64,000 nucleotides of DNA from Octopus vulgaris (lineage: Eukaryota): positions 54,312,001 through 54,376,000 of the forward strand of contig OX597821.1 of assembly GCA_951406725.2 (NCBI GenBank), written 5' to 3'. Position 1 is the stretch's first letter; each line of letters starts with the position of its first letter. The notes under the pieces were generated by a model, which ran no database searches, was not told the DNA's origin, and saw only the letters and a program-made list of their open reading frames with translations. This document shows positions 25,352 through 38,920 of this stretch, one piece after another. A program made the translations under genes and the position numbers.

Positions 25352-26926
25352 TCATAATATATTTTTTTATTTGCTACAGGAACAGCAGAATAAGTGACAT
25401 TATAAAAACAGATAACTTTTAGAACCCTAGAGGATAAAGAACCTCAGAATTCTAAAAAAAGTTGAGGCAAAATATATTATGAAAAAGTGAGAGTTCTATA
25501 AGACTTGACAAGATGTTTTAAAAGAAGAATTACTGCAAACCATCACTTCCATTCATGGAAATTCTGTAATTACTCTAAACACGGATTAACTACATTCTTT
25601 AATTTGATATTTTGAAAACAAAAAAAAAAAAATGCTAGCAATCAGTTTTATTGTTGTTGTTTGTTGTTATACTTGTTTTCTACTTCATCTTATTTTGTAT
25701 GTGAACAAAATGAGGTTTAATACGATAGAATGTAAACACTTGAAACTATTTGTGAAAATGTGAGAGCAAACATGTAAACAGAATCTGTCTTTTATTTCCT
25801 CTGTTCTACCTATTTTAGAAATGGCAAAAGATAATATTAAAATAAAGAAGTAGATTGTAAAGAATAAAATACCATCAATTGTTGGTTAGCATGTTATGAA
25901 TAATTAAAATAAAGCGTTTGAATAAAAGATAAAAAATTGAACATTTGTCTTTGTTAGACTGATACCAGAGATAGAGAACTCTTTGACTGATCTCACTAAA
26001 ATATGCCAAACAGTTTATGCATGCACACACACACACATCGTGAAAATAAAAGATCTATGCTGAACTATTGAGAAACTTACAGTTACTATACCTGGACTTT
26101 AAGTTCAGGTAATTATTGGTGAACTAGGGTATGTTACAAACTGCTTGCCTAACACTAATCTTGAAAAATGAGCTTTACCAAAACCAAACCAGACAGGAGA
26201 AAACTAATTCGAAGACTACAGATTCAAGTCGTCAATGGAACTATAAAAATTTGCAAAACTTTCCAGAAGTTTAGCACTTGAGCATAAACATATGTGCCTA
26301 CACATGCAAGTATATGCATGAGATTACATACATAAAACAAAACATACAAAACTACACATGCACAGACTTAAAATACTACACACACACACACACACACACA
26401 CATACATATGCAAAAACTCTGTTGATGTTGTTGAAATTGCAAAGGTGGAGCCTGGGATCAAGGTTAGAATCTAGGTTAGAAACCAGCTTTTGTGTCTTGT
26501 TAAGAAATCTTGAATTGAAACAGTATAGTAGCATGCATTCATGCATGAATACACACACATACACACAAACATGCATTACATACATTCACACGCTTAGATA
26601 AAGACAGTTATTCTATATTCATACATACAAACAAGCATACATACATTACATACAAACATCCAAATATACATATACTAGGGAAAAGGAGAACATCTTTGGA
26701 AAACTAAAGAGAAACATATGCCTCATATCTAGATTATAGATTTTTGTTTGTGACTATTATCAAAGGATCCCTGATCTGTGTAACTTCAGATTTACATTTT
26801 AAAGCCTAGAAATGCTGGGTTTCTTCAAGAAAGATCAAAGCTAACAGATCCAATTTTTCCAAGTCAATGAATGAATGAAAATTTGTAAAATATTCCAAGG
26901 ATTCTTCAATCGAGACTGAGCACATG

Positions 26927-26969
<43 letters not shown>

Positions 26970-27334
26970 CTACATACACACCCATACACACTTTAATAGT
27001 AGTGAAGCACACAAGCTTGCAAACTAAAGTAACATGCTTATGTTTATCCTCCTACACATATACATATATACACATATTAACAAGCTCACATATCAACACA
27101 TTCCAAGAGCTCTCTTGACTTAAACAAAAAAAGCCTTGCCATTTTATTAGTGACTGGCTTGGTTTCTACAAACAAATGAAAAAAAATTATCCGAAAGAAA
27201 TAACAGCCATTCATTCATCACACATACACATATACAAAAATACATACAGACATACAAACCTAAACACACCCTTACAAACATACGTAGATCAATACATGTA
27301 TATATACATTGGTTTGGAGGAGCTGGGCCACTGG

Positions 27335-27620
27335 TGTTTGCTAGCTGGTCAAGACTGATTATAAGGTCACTTGCATCGGAGAACTTCAAAATCCTGAATT
27401 CTCCTCATTTCTGGGGCTATAGTCATAGCTTCCATGTACACCTTGGAATCAATTGAACTTCTGTCCAGCTTATCTATTGAAGTAACCAGCAATGAAAATA
27501 AGGTTACTGCCATTTGTCATTGAGGTAATCTGCAAAATGTCTTTATAAAATTGGATCTTTTGCTCATTTGCCAGTCCTGATTGAGAATAACTGTAGTTTT
27601 ACTTTCAAAGATTAGTCCAT
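27335..27620 (-). mobile_element. RTE LINE apurinic-like endonuclease fossil
   Basis: Minus translation YSQSGLANEQKIQFY..LIFIAGYFNR*AG..FQGVHGSY..RNEE resembles the APE motifs YAPQ.G and GDFN.HVG..G.HG..RN.EG. Confidence 0.7.
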
Positions 27621-28562
27621 GTTAGAGTGGGAGATTGTCCTGCTCAAACAGTGGATGAAAAACTTTGAAGATAGGACGGTGATGTTAAGGACTTACTCAA
27701 AGTTGCTCGACACCATCACCCTCTTTCAAAAGACTCAAGTTGAAAAAAAGTTGGCAGAGTATTTGCCAGCTATTAAATTAATCTCCAGGGGGTTCAAATA
27801 TGCAAGACTGCTTCAATCACTTTTGTCCGTATCCTCTCTTATGCTCAGCTTTTTGTACCTTGAAGGTTTGCTCTGGTACCCCATTACTGCTATCTTATTT
27901 TCTTCCCAACTACTCCCATCCATCCTTATATAATGCAAAGTTGCCATCCATCTTCTCTACAACAAAACATCTACACATGTCCCTCTATCATACTCCAGCC
28001 TTTCAATACTTGGCATAAATCCACCTCTCCTTCTCAAGTGCTCCACCCTCAACTTAGTTGAGAGGTATTTTCTTTTTCCTTTTCATGTCTTGCAATATTT
28101 GATGACTTCACTAGTACTACTCACACAAGATTTCAAGTTTTTCCCTGCAAGGTGGCTGGCATTAGAAAGGGCATCCAACCTTAGAAACCATGCCAAAGCT
28201 GACACTAGAGTTCAACACAGCCCTTCAGCTCCCCTACAGGTTTGAGGACAAACAATTTTTCTTAGTTCTAATTTGCATCCATTAATCCCCATTCTCTTTC
28301 TGTATATGTGAGTGAGAAAGTGTGTGTGTATGTGTACACACACTTGGTCTATTCCATACCTCAGGCTATTGCCTCCATCTAAAAATATAGGGGTAGCCAT
28401 TGTCTTTTGTTGGCCAACCAATGAAAAATGGTATTAAATGATGGCTGGAATTCCATATTTTACAAGAGAGTTTTTGATTAGTTAATCAATTTAGCTTTAG
28501 TAAGATGCAGAAAATCAATTTCTAGGTCAGTGTTTTTTGTATTCTATCTATCTATCTATGTA

Positions 28563-28639
<77 letters not shown>

Positions 28640-29248
28640 CTATATAACCATCTCTCTCTCTGTCTATCTATCTATTCACTTGTCTGTTTGTTTATGTGTC
28701 TACATGTCTATCTATCACCCTATTTGTATTCATGATTCGAAAATCAAAAAAGATTCTTTAAGACCAGTCTTTACCTTTTTAATCCACAAAAAACCTGTCT
28801 ATCTTGACTCTGACTGTCATAAGATCACAATCATACAAAGATATCCAGTTTAGATTGAAATGTGCATTTGTGATGGGAATTTTATAATTTTTATTTGCCA
28901 TGAAATAAGAAATAGTTTAGATATGATTCCATAATTAAATTTTAATTATTATTGCTATGAAATGACTGTACATTAAGATAATAATGATGTGTGTGTATTT
29001 GTGTGCAATTTCCAAGCAGTTCTATGCAACTTGCCAATTATCAAGAACTGAAATGGCATTTTATATAGTATTTATTGCACAAATCACAAAGTTATTTGAT
29101 TTTTTTTTGAGATAGTCAATACTTTAGAGGAAATCCTCATGGTTGAGAGCTCACATGAGCTAGACAATATAATTTTCACTTTATTTTCCTTGCCTTGCAC
29201 GAATTATGGATGAATATGTGCACATGGGTGTGTGTCTATGTGTATGTG

Positions 29249-29295
<47 letters not shown>

Positions 29296-29350
29296 CATAT
29301 ATATACATCACACACACACATATATATATACATATATATGTATGGTGTGT

Positions 29351-29403
<53 letters not shown>

Positions 29404-29547
29404 TATGCACACACATGCATAGAGATATATACACATAGCAAACTAATTATTTCCAGACTACTGAAATATATGTTTAAAGCATATTTGATTTTCTGATGGG
29501 GAAAATATTCCTTTTTCTCAGAAAGTTTGAGGAGAGAAAGAGAGAAT

Positions 29548-29613
<66 letters not shown>

Positions 29614-31217
29614 GTGCTTGCATGCGTTTGTAGGTGTGTGTGTGTGTATGTTGGTGGGGGTTATATCTGTGACCAAAGTGCAAATCAGAAATGACCAATT
29701 CGCATACCAGCCTTCCTTCCTTACCACCTCTCTTTTATCCATACTCTCTCACAGACACCATCCCACTCACATAGTGTATTTCTCATACCCTGTGATCATC
29801 TCCTCATATGCTTCCTGTCTCTATCTTTTAACCTAATTACTTCTTTCGTCCAATACCAATTACATTACATTTCTGCTCTGTCAACACCCCTTTGTCTGAA
29901 AGCCCTCACTTTTTCACTTCTCACTACAGCCAAACTTACCAATTATCAAGGTTTACTGAACCTTTTGACTTCATAAATCTCCTCTGTGTTTCTAATGTGA
30001 TTAACGACTTTTCGTCTCATACTCATAATCACAAATCAAAACTGTCCGCATCACTCTGATCAAGAATGTGTGAAAATGGTATTTGTATCGATGACAGCAA
30101 TTTCGTGTTCAAAAAATGATATGTCCATTATTGTAGCTCTCTAGTGATTTAGTAGAACAAGGTTTATAATTAGATCTAACGGCAACTCTAGCTGATTAGA
30201 ATATGAAATGCAAATCAATCTGTTTAACAAATGTTGAAGAATGTTACAAAAGTAAAAAATTGACTAATCATTCTTCAAGACACACTCTAAGAGAAACAAT
30301 TGAAACTGAAGAAATTTTAGTGTAATTTTGTAAAGGGTTCTGAATATCAACCCAACCTTTATTTAATTTAATTTGTCATTATCAACATCATGGTTTAATT
30401 AATTTGTTTTGAATTTTCTAAACAAGACAATTAAAATTGGGTCCATCATTGTAGTGTTTGTAACCAGACTGATTTATTAACTCTAAAATTTCTGCTGGCA
30501 ATCACATAAACAAACAAACAAACAAACTGTATTGCCATCAGTTTTTTTGTTAACACATAAACTCACATCCTGAATAATTATCCAATTTAACAGTGTGATA
30601 AGTATTTCATTAGTTTTTGGTGTCAATATTTGTATTAAGCCCCCTCCTTTATATACTCTTACTTCATTACTTCATACTTAGAAAACAATATATTCTAATG
30701 GTCATTTCTATACAGTTAATTTCGGAGATTAGAAAATAAAACAAATGAAATAGAAAGGATAAAATTAAAATGTTTTACAGACTACTTTTATTTCAACATG
30801 ATCAATATTTGTATGAAATTTTTGATTATTTTTTTTTCTTTGCATTAATGGGAAAATACAACTGAAATTTGAAAAAAATGCTACCATAGAAACCACCTAT
30901 GTATTGCAATTTTGGATAAAGAATTGAGATTTTAAATGTTCTATCAAAAGGAATTGGTATGGATTGTTGGGATATTTATAGTTGTTCTGAAACAAGGAAT
31001 GAAATGGAGTTTGAATAGATTTTAAAGGCACAACGGACAAGGAAGAGAAAGATAACTGAATAAAAAAATAAGAGATTCAAAATAATGGAATAAATGTCTT
31101 CATTATGAACAACCCAGAAGAAATTAGTCTGATTCTGCTAGGCAAGGTAGGGTTAGGATCTCCTGAACATACAGTAACTGGCATTGCTGGAGCACAGTGA
31201 CAGGACAATCAAACAGC

Positions 31218-31552
31218 TTTCTCTCTGTGTGTCTCTCTCTGTCTCTCCCTCCCTCCATCTATCCCTCTCCCCATTCTCTCTCCCTCTCTCCCTCTCCTCA
31301 CTCTCTCCCCCTCTATCCCTCTTCCCCTCTCTCTCCTCTCTCTCCCTCTGCCTTCTCTCTCTACCCCTCTCCTCCTACCCACCCTCCCTTTCTTTCCCCT
31401 TCTCCCCTCTCCCTTTTCTCCTTCCGTCTCCGTCTCCCTTCTCTCCCTCCCTCTCTCTCCTCTCTCTCCCCTCTATCTGCTCTTTCTCCCTCTCCCTTCT
31501 CTCTCTCTCTCGCCACATCTCCCCCCCCCTACCTCTTTCTCTCTCTCTCTCT
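31218..31552. repeat. ~335-bp polypyrimidine (CT-rich) tract
   Basis: Almost exclusively C/T on the + strand. Confidence 0.9.
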
Positions 31553-31958
31553 CCAAAGTACAGCTAGACAATAGAGTAATTGAAATCTAACAAGAAAGAG
31601 AAGCAAAGACCAGAAACACTTGGCACAATTTGCAACAAGTTCATTTTGAGACAGAAAAACAAAAAACAAATGTCAAATTTTACACAACTGGCTCAAAACC
31701 ACACAAATTCCACCAAAATAGTCAAAAGAGGAATAGAACAGCAACTCAAAAAAGAAACATGTCAATTGAAGAAATAGAAGGGAATTGTATTGAATTTCCT
31801 ATAGCTAGGAGGTGAATGTACTTTCTGTACTTCCCCAACAAGAAACAGGAAATGTCTTTGCCTGTTTGTCAGAACTGCAAAACTTACCATTTGTCTACTG
31901 AGCTAGAAATGTTTGTAGAGATTTATAAGAAAGATAAACCATGCTTATCTGCTTCCTT

Positions 31959-32366
31959 ATTCTTTTACTTGTTTCAGTCATTTGACTGCAGCCATGCTAG
32001 AGCATCGCCTTTTAGTCAAGCAAATTGACCCTAGGACTTATTCTTTGTAAGCCTAGTACTTATTCTATCAGTCTCTTTTGCTGAACCGCTAAGTTACAGG
32101 CACATAAACACACCAGCATAGGTTGTCGATGTTAGCGGTGGGGACAAACACAGATACACAAACATATACACACACATACATATATATATGTGAACATATA
32201 TACGAAGGGCTTCTTTCAGTTTCCGTCTACCAACTTCACTCATAAGACTTTGGTCGACCCGAGGCTATACTAGAAGATACTTGCCCAAGGTGCCATGCAG
32301 TGGAACTGAACCCAGAACCATGTGGTTCATAAGTAAGCTACTTACCACACAGCCACTCTTACACCT
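31959..32366 (-). mobile_element. SINE family A, full length
   Basis: Reverse complement of family A. Confidence 0.95.
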
Positions 32367-32482
32367 ATTATTTAGATTGATGTTCTATATGAAAGCTGGT
32401 TAAATATCTTGCTGTTGCTTGAACAGGAATGAATTTTTGACAATTTGTGGAAATATTGAATGCAGTGTTTTCATTAGTATAT

Positions 32483-32893
32483 GCAGACATGGGCATGATT
32501 GTGTAATAAGAAGCTTGCTTCCCAACCACATGGTTCCAAGTTCACTCCCATCACATGGCACCTTGGGGAAGTGTCCTCTTCTATAGCCTCAGGCTGATCA
32601 AAACCTTGTGAGTGGATTTGGTAGAGAGAAACTGAAAGAAGCCTGATGTGTATTTATAAATATATATGATGATGATGATGTGTGTGTGTCTGTCACCTAC
32701 CACTGCTTGACAACCTGTAATGGTTTGTTACATCCCTGTAACTTAGCAGTTTGGCAAAAGAGATTGATAGAATAAGTAACAGGCTTAAAAACAAGTAAGT
32801 AAAGGGTTTTACTTGTTTGTCTAGAATTTCTTCAAATTGGCATCCCAGCATGGCCACAGTCTAATGACTAAAACAAATAAACAAATAAAAGAA
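32483..32893 (+). mobile_element. SINE family A, older/diverged, full length
   Basis: AAGCTTGCTTCCCAACCACATGGTTCC..GTGAGTGGATTTGGTAGA..CCAGCATGGCCACAGTCTAATGAC. Confidence 0.88.
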
Positions 32894-32974
32894 TATATGG
32901 GTGTGCATGTGTGTATTAATGTGTGCGTAAGTGTGAATATTTATTCATGTATATGTTTATGAGCATATACATTT

Positions 32975-33125
32975 ACACAGTTTCCATTTACCAAATTTCA
33001 CTCAGTATTGTTTGACCTTAAGCTACAGTAGAAGACATTTTCCCATGGTGCCACCTTGTAAGATAGAACTTGAGATTATATTGTAACAAAGTGAAATTCA
33101 CACCCACACAGCCATGACTGTGCTT
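32975..33125 (-). mobile_element. SINE family A 5' fragment
   Basis: CAGTTTCCATTTACCAAAT..AGTAGAAGACA..CACACAGCCATG. Confidence 0.65.
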
Positions 33126-34014
33126 ACACACCCAGACATACACATGCATACACATACATATGTATAGGCTGAACCCAAGTGCCTGTCAGCTTTATTTTGA
33201 AGAAAGAAACCACTTTATACCAGTGTAGAAATAAGGAATTCTTTGTTCCTCGACATCAAGTCAATACTTAATCTTCTAACTACATTACAATGATAGAAGT
33301 CATAATGGAATCTAAATGACCAATGGTTGTTAAGAATTATCTGAGAAATTCATTTCAATGTTCACAAGACAAGGGCATTAAATAAATTAGAACAATTTAA
33401 TGTGTTAGCGTCATATTTTTCCCTGAAGATTACATGAATTTCAGCATGACTACAGGCTTGAATGGCATCAAAACTATACGTAGTACTATTATTAAAACGA
33501 AAAGCAATTTACTAAATGTGAGGTATTTACTTCAATTAAGTAGAGAATTAGTCCCCAGGTGAATGGGTAAATCAATATAAGTACCACCGTAATTTTATCT
33601 TAAGGCTTCGAATATATGTTGTGAAATGGATAAATTTAGTCAGAAAGAACAATAAATATAATATATATGATGTGGTGGAGATAGATGTAAGTCAAGACTA
33701 CAATAGATTTATAGATGTTTACGGTGACAATAATGAGATCAATTACGACTGTGGTTGGTTTCTTTTATTTGCGTGAATATTATTTTCAAGTAAAGTAATA
33801 TTCTTTAAGTGCAAACAGTTCAATGGCTAGACATGTTTCCGTGGAAGATTGCAAATAAACAATATGGCTTGCATGTTTGAAGTAGTGCATGATGTTAAGA
33901 CAAGGAGACATATCACAAACACTTACACACAAACACACACATACACACTCACACACACCCATACACACACACATGCACACACATGCGCATGCTCACACAC
34001 ACACATACACACAT

Positions 34015-34430
34015 GCAATAGATTTCTTCTGGTTTCTATCTACCAATTTCACTGACAAGCTTTAGTTGGTCTAAGTCTTTAAGAGAAGATATTTGCCAAA
34101 AGTGCTGCACAGTGGCGCTGAACCTACAACCATGCAGCTGTGAAGTGAACATAACTCATAGCCCTACCTGCACCTATCATCATCATCACCATCATCATCA
34201 TCCTCATCATCATCTTCACTTATGTTTACTTTCTATGCTGGCACAGACTGGACTAAATGTCACAAGCATAGCCAGCACAAATTCAGCAAAACCTCTCACC
34301 AAGATGAGCTAAAGGACCATATTTGGCTTGTGTGTTTCATTTTTGGTTTGCTTTGGATAACTTTCCCAACACCAAACATTTCACAGAGTGCAGTGTGTGC
34401 CACTTTTGTGACATCATCTATAAGAGAGGA
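34015..34430 (-). mobile_element. SINE A 5' fragment followed by degenerate family D tail
   Basis: TCTACCAATTTCAC..GAAGATATTTGCC; then (CAT)n followed by TTTCTATGCTGGCA..GGAC. Confidence 0.5.
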
Positions 34431-35048
34431 AGTGCTGTCCTAGATGTGTCCATATATCACTCACCAATCTCTTTCTCAAATGAGAGACATTGACAATAGA
34501 GATAAATGATAAGATGGTTGAATGACAGGCATACTCAGTATTCTGAGGTATGTTTGTAAATTCAAGACGAGATGGCCAAAAAGGTAAGGTGATGATTAAT
34601 GGTAAGGCGGTCTTGGAGATGGAACTATGACAGAAACCTAAGCTGTGTGGAGGATAAAAAGCAGATCCATGAAGCTAGACAGAATGAGAGAGAGAGTGTT
34701 GGTAGATAGCACAGGAGAAGGTGTGTGCATGTATGTGTGTGTATGCATATGTGTTTATGAATGCATGTATATGCGTGTGGCAGGTATGTGTGCATGAGTG
34801 TGTGAAGATCTGTATGTATGTGTTTGTGTGTAGGTGTGTATATTATGTGTTTGTGTATGAAAAATATATACCTGTGCATGAATATATGTAAGTGTGTGTG
34901 TGTATGTGTATATATAGATATTTGTACATATACATGTATATAACTTATTTATACATGTATATTTCTTTGTACACATACATGCACGTGTATATAATACACA
35001 CACAAACACACACATATATATATATATGCACATATATATACACAAATA

Positions 35049-35088
<40 letters not shown>

Positions 35089-35529
35089 GTATAATTGAGT
35101 AAGTATGTGCATATATGTATATACATCACACACATACACGCACACATGCGCGTGCACACACACACACACACCATACACACATGTACCACCTTATCTAATA
35201 ACAGTTTCATTTGTCTAAGCTATGAATATATGATGAGTTGGATCTGTTGATGTCAAGACAGAATAGCAAAATGGTTTCCATTGATGATGAACTTAGAAAT
35301 CTCCAGACCAGAATAGCAGCAGTTATTACAATTATAGCAGGGATTAATACAGCATTATTGGGTAGTCAATTGTGGATAGTGTAGTTTACTGGCTGCATAT
35401 ATTAATACAGTTCTATTAGTTTATAATGGTAATGGTCTTGTGGTTTCATTTGAAGACAATATGAAATGAACGTCTTGTTGAAAGAAGCAAAGAAATTATA
35501 CAACGCTAATGTAATTAAGTATGTAGCAA

Positions 35530-35718
35530 GAGGTGAAGGAGGAGGGTGAGGGTGGTGGTGGTGGTGGTGGTGGTTTTGGTGATGGTGACAGCGGTGGCAG
35601 TGACAGCAGTGGCGGTGGGGAGGGGAGAGGGGTGTAGAAGGGGAGGAGAGGAGGAGAAGAACAAGAACAAGAACAAGAACAAGAACAAGAATAAGAACAA
35701 GAACAAGAAGAAAAAGAA

Positions 35719-35750
<32 letters not shown>

Positions 35751-35890
35751 GGAAGAAGAAGAAAGAGATGAGGTTTGGCAGGCATAATGAATATATATTT
35801 ACAGTTAATTTGATATCCCTCATTCACTACCATTACCACTAACAACAAAAAGGACAGCAACAACAACAACAACACCAACAACAACGACAG
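35530..35890. repeat. (GGT)n, (AAGAAC)n, (AAG)n, (AAC)n compound microsatellite
   Basis: Directly visible. Confidence 0.9.
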
Positions 35891-36640
35891 AAGAATAAAT
35901 ACAGTTTTGATGCCCATTTACTAAACATGTTGTCAAGAACCAGACCAATATATCAACATATCAGAACTTATTCTTACGTTATTTCATGTGTGAAACCCAA
36001 GAGCCACATATCAAAACCACCACTATTTCTTCCGTTGTCTTTCTGTGAACTAGAATTACTCAACACTTACCATTTATCATTTATACACTTCACTGCTGTT
36101 GCTATCTACTAACACCATAGTTGTGTAATAATCTCCCAAAGAAATGTTGGTAAGGCCACTGTTAGTAGATCCTCTTAACACCTAGTGTTGTGGTTCACAA
36201 AAGAATCATTCCAGCATACCAGCAAGCAGCAGAATGTGATGGATATAAATTAAGTCAAGATATTCCATACTAACAGTTAAGTGTATTGAGAAACAAATTA
36301 GTTTTACTTGTGTTGAACACAGATTTTATAATTTATTGGGCAAGTGTCTTCTACCAAGCTGACCAATGCCTTGTGAGTGAATTTAATAAAAAAAAAACTG
36401 TGTGGAAGGCCATTGCATGTATATATGTATCACACCTGTTGTTATGTCCTGTTATTATTATTATTTTTATTGTACTTGTATTTGTGTAACATTGTCCGTT
36501 TTTTTCCATCCTTGTTTTTGTATACATTCGCTGCTTTCTTCCAAGGAATCTAATGCTCTTAGCTTAGTTTTTTGTTAGGGCTTGCCAGATTGGAGCAATC
36601 TCAAGTATAATCAGCCGAAATTGCAAGGATAATCTGGTGC

Positions 36641-36864
36641 TTCTTATTCTTAGTCTTATTCTTATATTTGTTTCAGTCATTTGACTGTGGCCATGCTGGA
36701 GCACTACCTTTAGTTCAGCAAATCGACCCCAGGACTTATTCTTTGTAAGACTAGTACTTATTCTGTTGGTCTCTCTTGCCAAACTGCTAAGTTACAGGGG
36801 ATGTAAACACACCATCATCGGTTGTCAAGCAATGTTGGGGAGAAAAACACAGACACACAAACAT

Positions 36865-36910
<46 letters not shown>

Positions 36911-37070
36911 GACAGGCTTCTTGCAGTTTCTGACTACCAAATCCACTCACAAAGCTTTGGTCAGCCTGAGGCTATAGTAGAAGACACTTGCCCAAAGTGC
37001 CATGCAGTGGGACTGAACCCAGAACCATGTGGTTGGTAAGCAAGCTACTTAACACACAGCCACTCCTGCA
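36641..37070 (-). mobile_element. SINE family A, full length
   Basis: Reverse complement of family A with an expanded internal (TA)n. Confidence 0.95.
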
Positions 37071-37287
37071 TGTATGTACGTATATATATATATAGTTTAT
37101 ATATATATATATAGTTTATATTTTAGAGACAGATTTTCTATATATATAGAAACACTTCGAAGTGCTCAAGAGATGAGAACATGAGGTGTTAGATAAGTAA
37201 AGCAACTACAAGCAAGCTAGGTATGTCTATTTACACATAAAGAGACATTCAATCAAAAATAAAAATGTAAATGTGTAGAAAAAAAAA

Positions 37288-37694
37288 AGGCGCAGGAGTG
37301 GCTGTGTGGTAAGTAGCTTGTTTACCAACCACATGGTTCCGGGTTCAGTCCCACTGCGTGGCACCTTGGGCAAGTGTCTTCTACTATAGCCTCGGGCCGA
37401 CCAAAGCCTTGTGAGTGGATTTGGTAGACGGAAACTGAAAGAAGCCCGTCGTATATATGTATATATATGTGCGTGTTTGTGTGTCTGTGTTTGTCCCCCT
37501 AGCATTGCTTGACAACCGATGCTGGTATGTTTATGTCCCTGTTACTTAGCAGTTCGGCAAAAGAGACCGATAGAATAAGTACTGGGCTTACAAAAGAATA
37601 AGTCCTGGGGCCAAGTTGCTCGATTAAAGGCGGTGCTCCAGCATGGCCGCAGTCAAATGACTGAAACAAATAAAAGAGTAAAAAAAAGAGTAAA
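37288..37694 (+). mobile_element. SINE family A, full length, young (CpGs retained)
   Basis: AGGCGCAGGAGTGGCTGTGTGGTAAG..GGTTCCGGGTTCAGTCCC..GCATGGCCGCAGTCAAATGACTGAAAC, tail AAAAGAGT repeats. Confidence 0.96.
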
Positions 37695-37929
37695 GGGTAT
37701 CACAAATAAGATAGGGAGAGTTTTAAAAGTCCTAAGTCCATTTCAGGGGGCTTGGTGGTCCTGATATACGACAGATATTAGGGTCCATTATTGATTATCA
37801 CCTCCTCCTTCTGGGGAAAAATTTTTGTATTAAAAAATTTTACACTTGAAATGATGGCATATTTTTTATATATAATTTCGATTAATGAGAGAGATGAAAG
37901 AAAGATGAAAGATACAGGAATATTTATTG

Positions 37930-38034
37930 ATCACTACAATTGATTCAACCCATCTAGCTTCGATCCCTCAGAGATAGGATACTGGGCAACTGGTCTATGA
38001 GTATCTGTTGGTGTTGATGGTCTCTTCAGGGGAT
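37930..38034 (-). ncRNA. Type-I hammerhead-ribozyme-like motif (one core substitution)
   Basis: Minus strand: ATCCC-CTGAAGA-GACCATC..long loop..GATGGGTT-GAAT-CAATTG-TA-GTGAT, then AATAAA. Stem III is palindromic (CAATTG); GAAT replaces GAAA. Confidence 0.6.
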
Positions 38035-38202
38035 TACAAGATGTATTTCATTAAAATAATGTCTGTTCCGCTAGATTTCTTTTCAGTGTGTGTATACAAA
38101 AGCAATAAATTAAGTGATACAGCTTCATTATTATAGAAGATCAATGATAAATATCAGATGCAAAAAGGTGAAAATACACAAAAGAGGTAATAAAATGGGA
38201 AA

Positions 38203-38920
38203 TAAAGTGAGAGAATAGATGTTTATTCCATTTATTTTCAGCTGTTTCATAATCTTGTTAGTTACATAATGGATATTACATCAACATTCCCGCATATATA
38301 AAATATATAAATATATATATACATGGCGTTATGGCATTAGGAAGGGCATCCAGCTGTAGAAACTCTGCCAGATCAAGATTGGAGCCTGGTGCAGCTATCT
38401 GGTTCACCAGTCCTCAGTCAAATCGTCCAACCCATGCTAGCATGGAAAGTGGATGTTAAACGATGATGATGATGATGATGATGATGCATGTGCACACTCA
38501 TATATACAAGTGTTCTGAGAAATGAACTTACAGACTAACATTCAGAACAATTCATGGTAGTCCAAAACATCAACCCAACAACAGAGAGCAAGCTGAACCA
38601 ATGCATGTGTACTTAGCAAGTTAAAATTTATGATTTGCTTTAAGGAAGCAACAGTCATAGATCAATATAAATAAGTTAGCTTGCTCTCTGTAGTGGCATT
38701 GATATTTTGGACTACCGTGAATCATTCTGAAGATTAGTTTAAAGTTTCTTTCTCAGCACACTTGTATGTATGGGTGTATACATACACATGTGTGCGCGCA
38801 CACATGTATATATATACATTTTATATACATGCAAATGTGATGTAATATCTATTATACAACTAATAAAGTTATGAAACAGCTGTAAACAAATGGAATGAAC
38901 ATATATTCCCCCACTCTTTC
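38203..38920. repeat. Long fold-back element, left arm interrupted by a retro-tail
   Basis: 38213-38310 pairs with 38811-38908 and 38488-38598 pairs with 38675-38783; centre near 38643. Confidence 0.88.
38324..38486 (+). mobile_element. Family D retroelement 3' tail (5'-truncated)
   Basis: GGCATTAGGAAGGGCATCCAGCTGTAGAAAC..CCAACCCATGCTAGCATGGAAAG..(GAT)n. Confidence 0.9.

Noticed and set aside
27400-27530. Host exon on the minus strand (TTTTGCAG acceptor)
   Set aside because: The sequence translates as a degenerate LINE endonuclease in another frame.
31558-31815. Exon after the polypyrimidine tract (ORFs 31580/31630)
   Set aside because: An in-frame stop soon after the nearest acceptors, A-rich low complexity and no recognisable homology.
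37288-37360. tRNA genes (also at 9712, 19583, 40213, 52460)
   Set aside because: The A/B boxes are SINE heads continuing into repeat bodies; no complete cloverleaf is evident.
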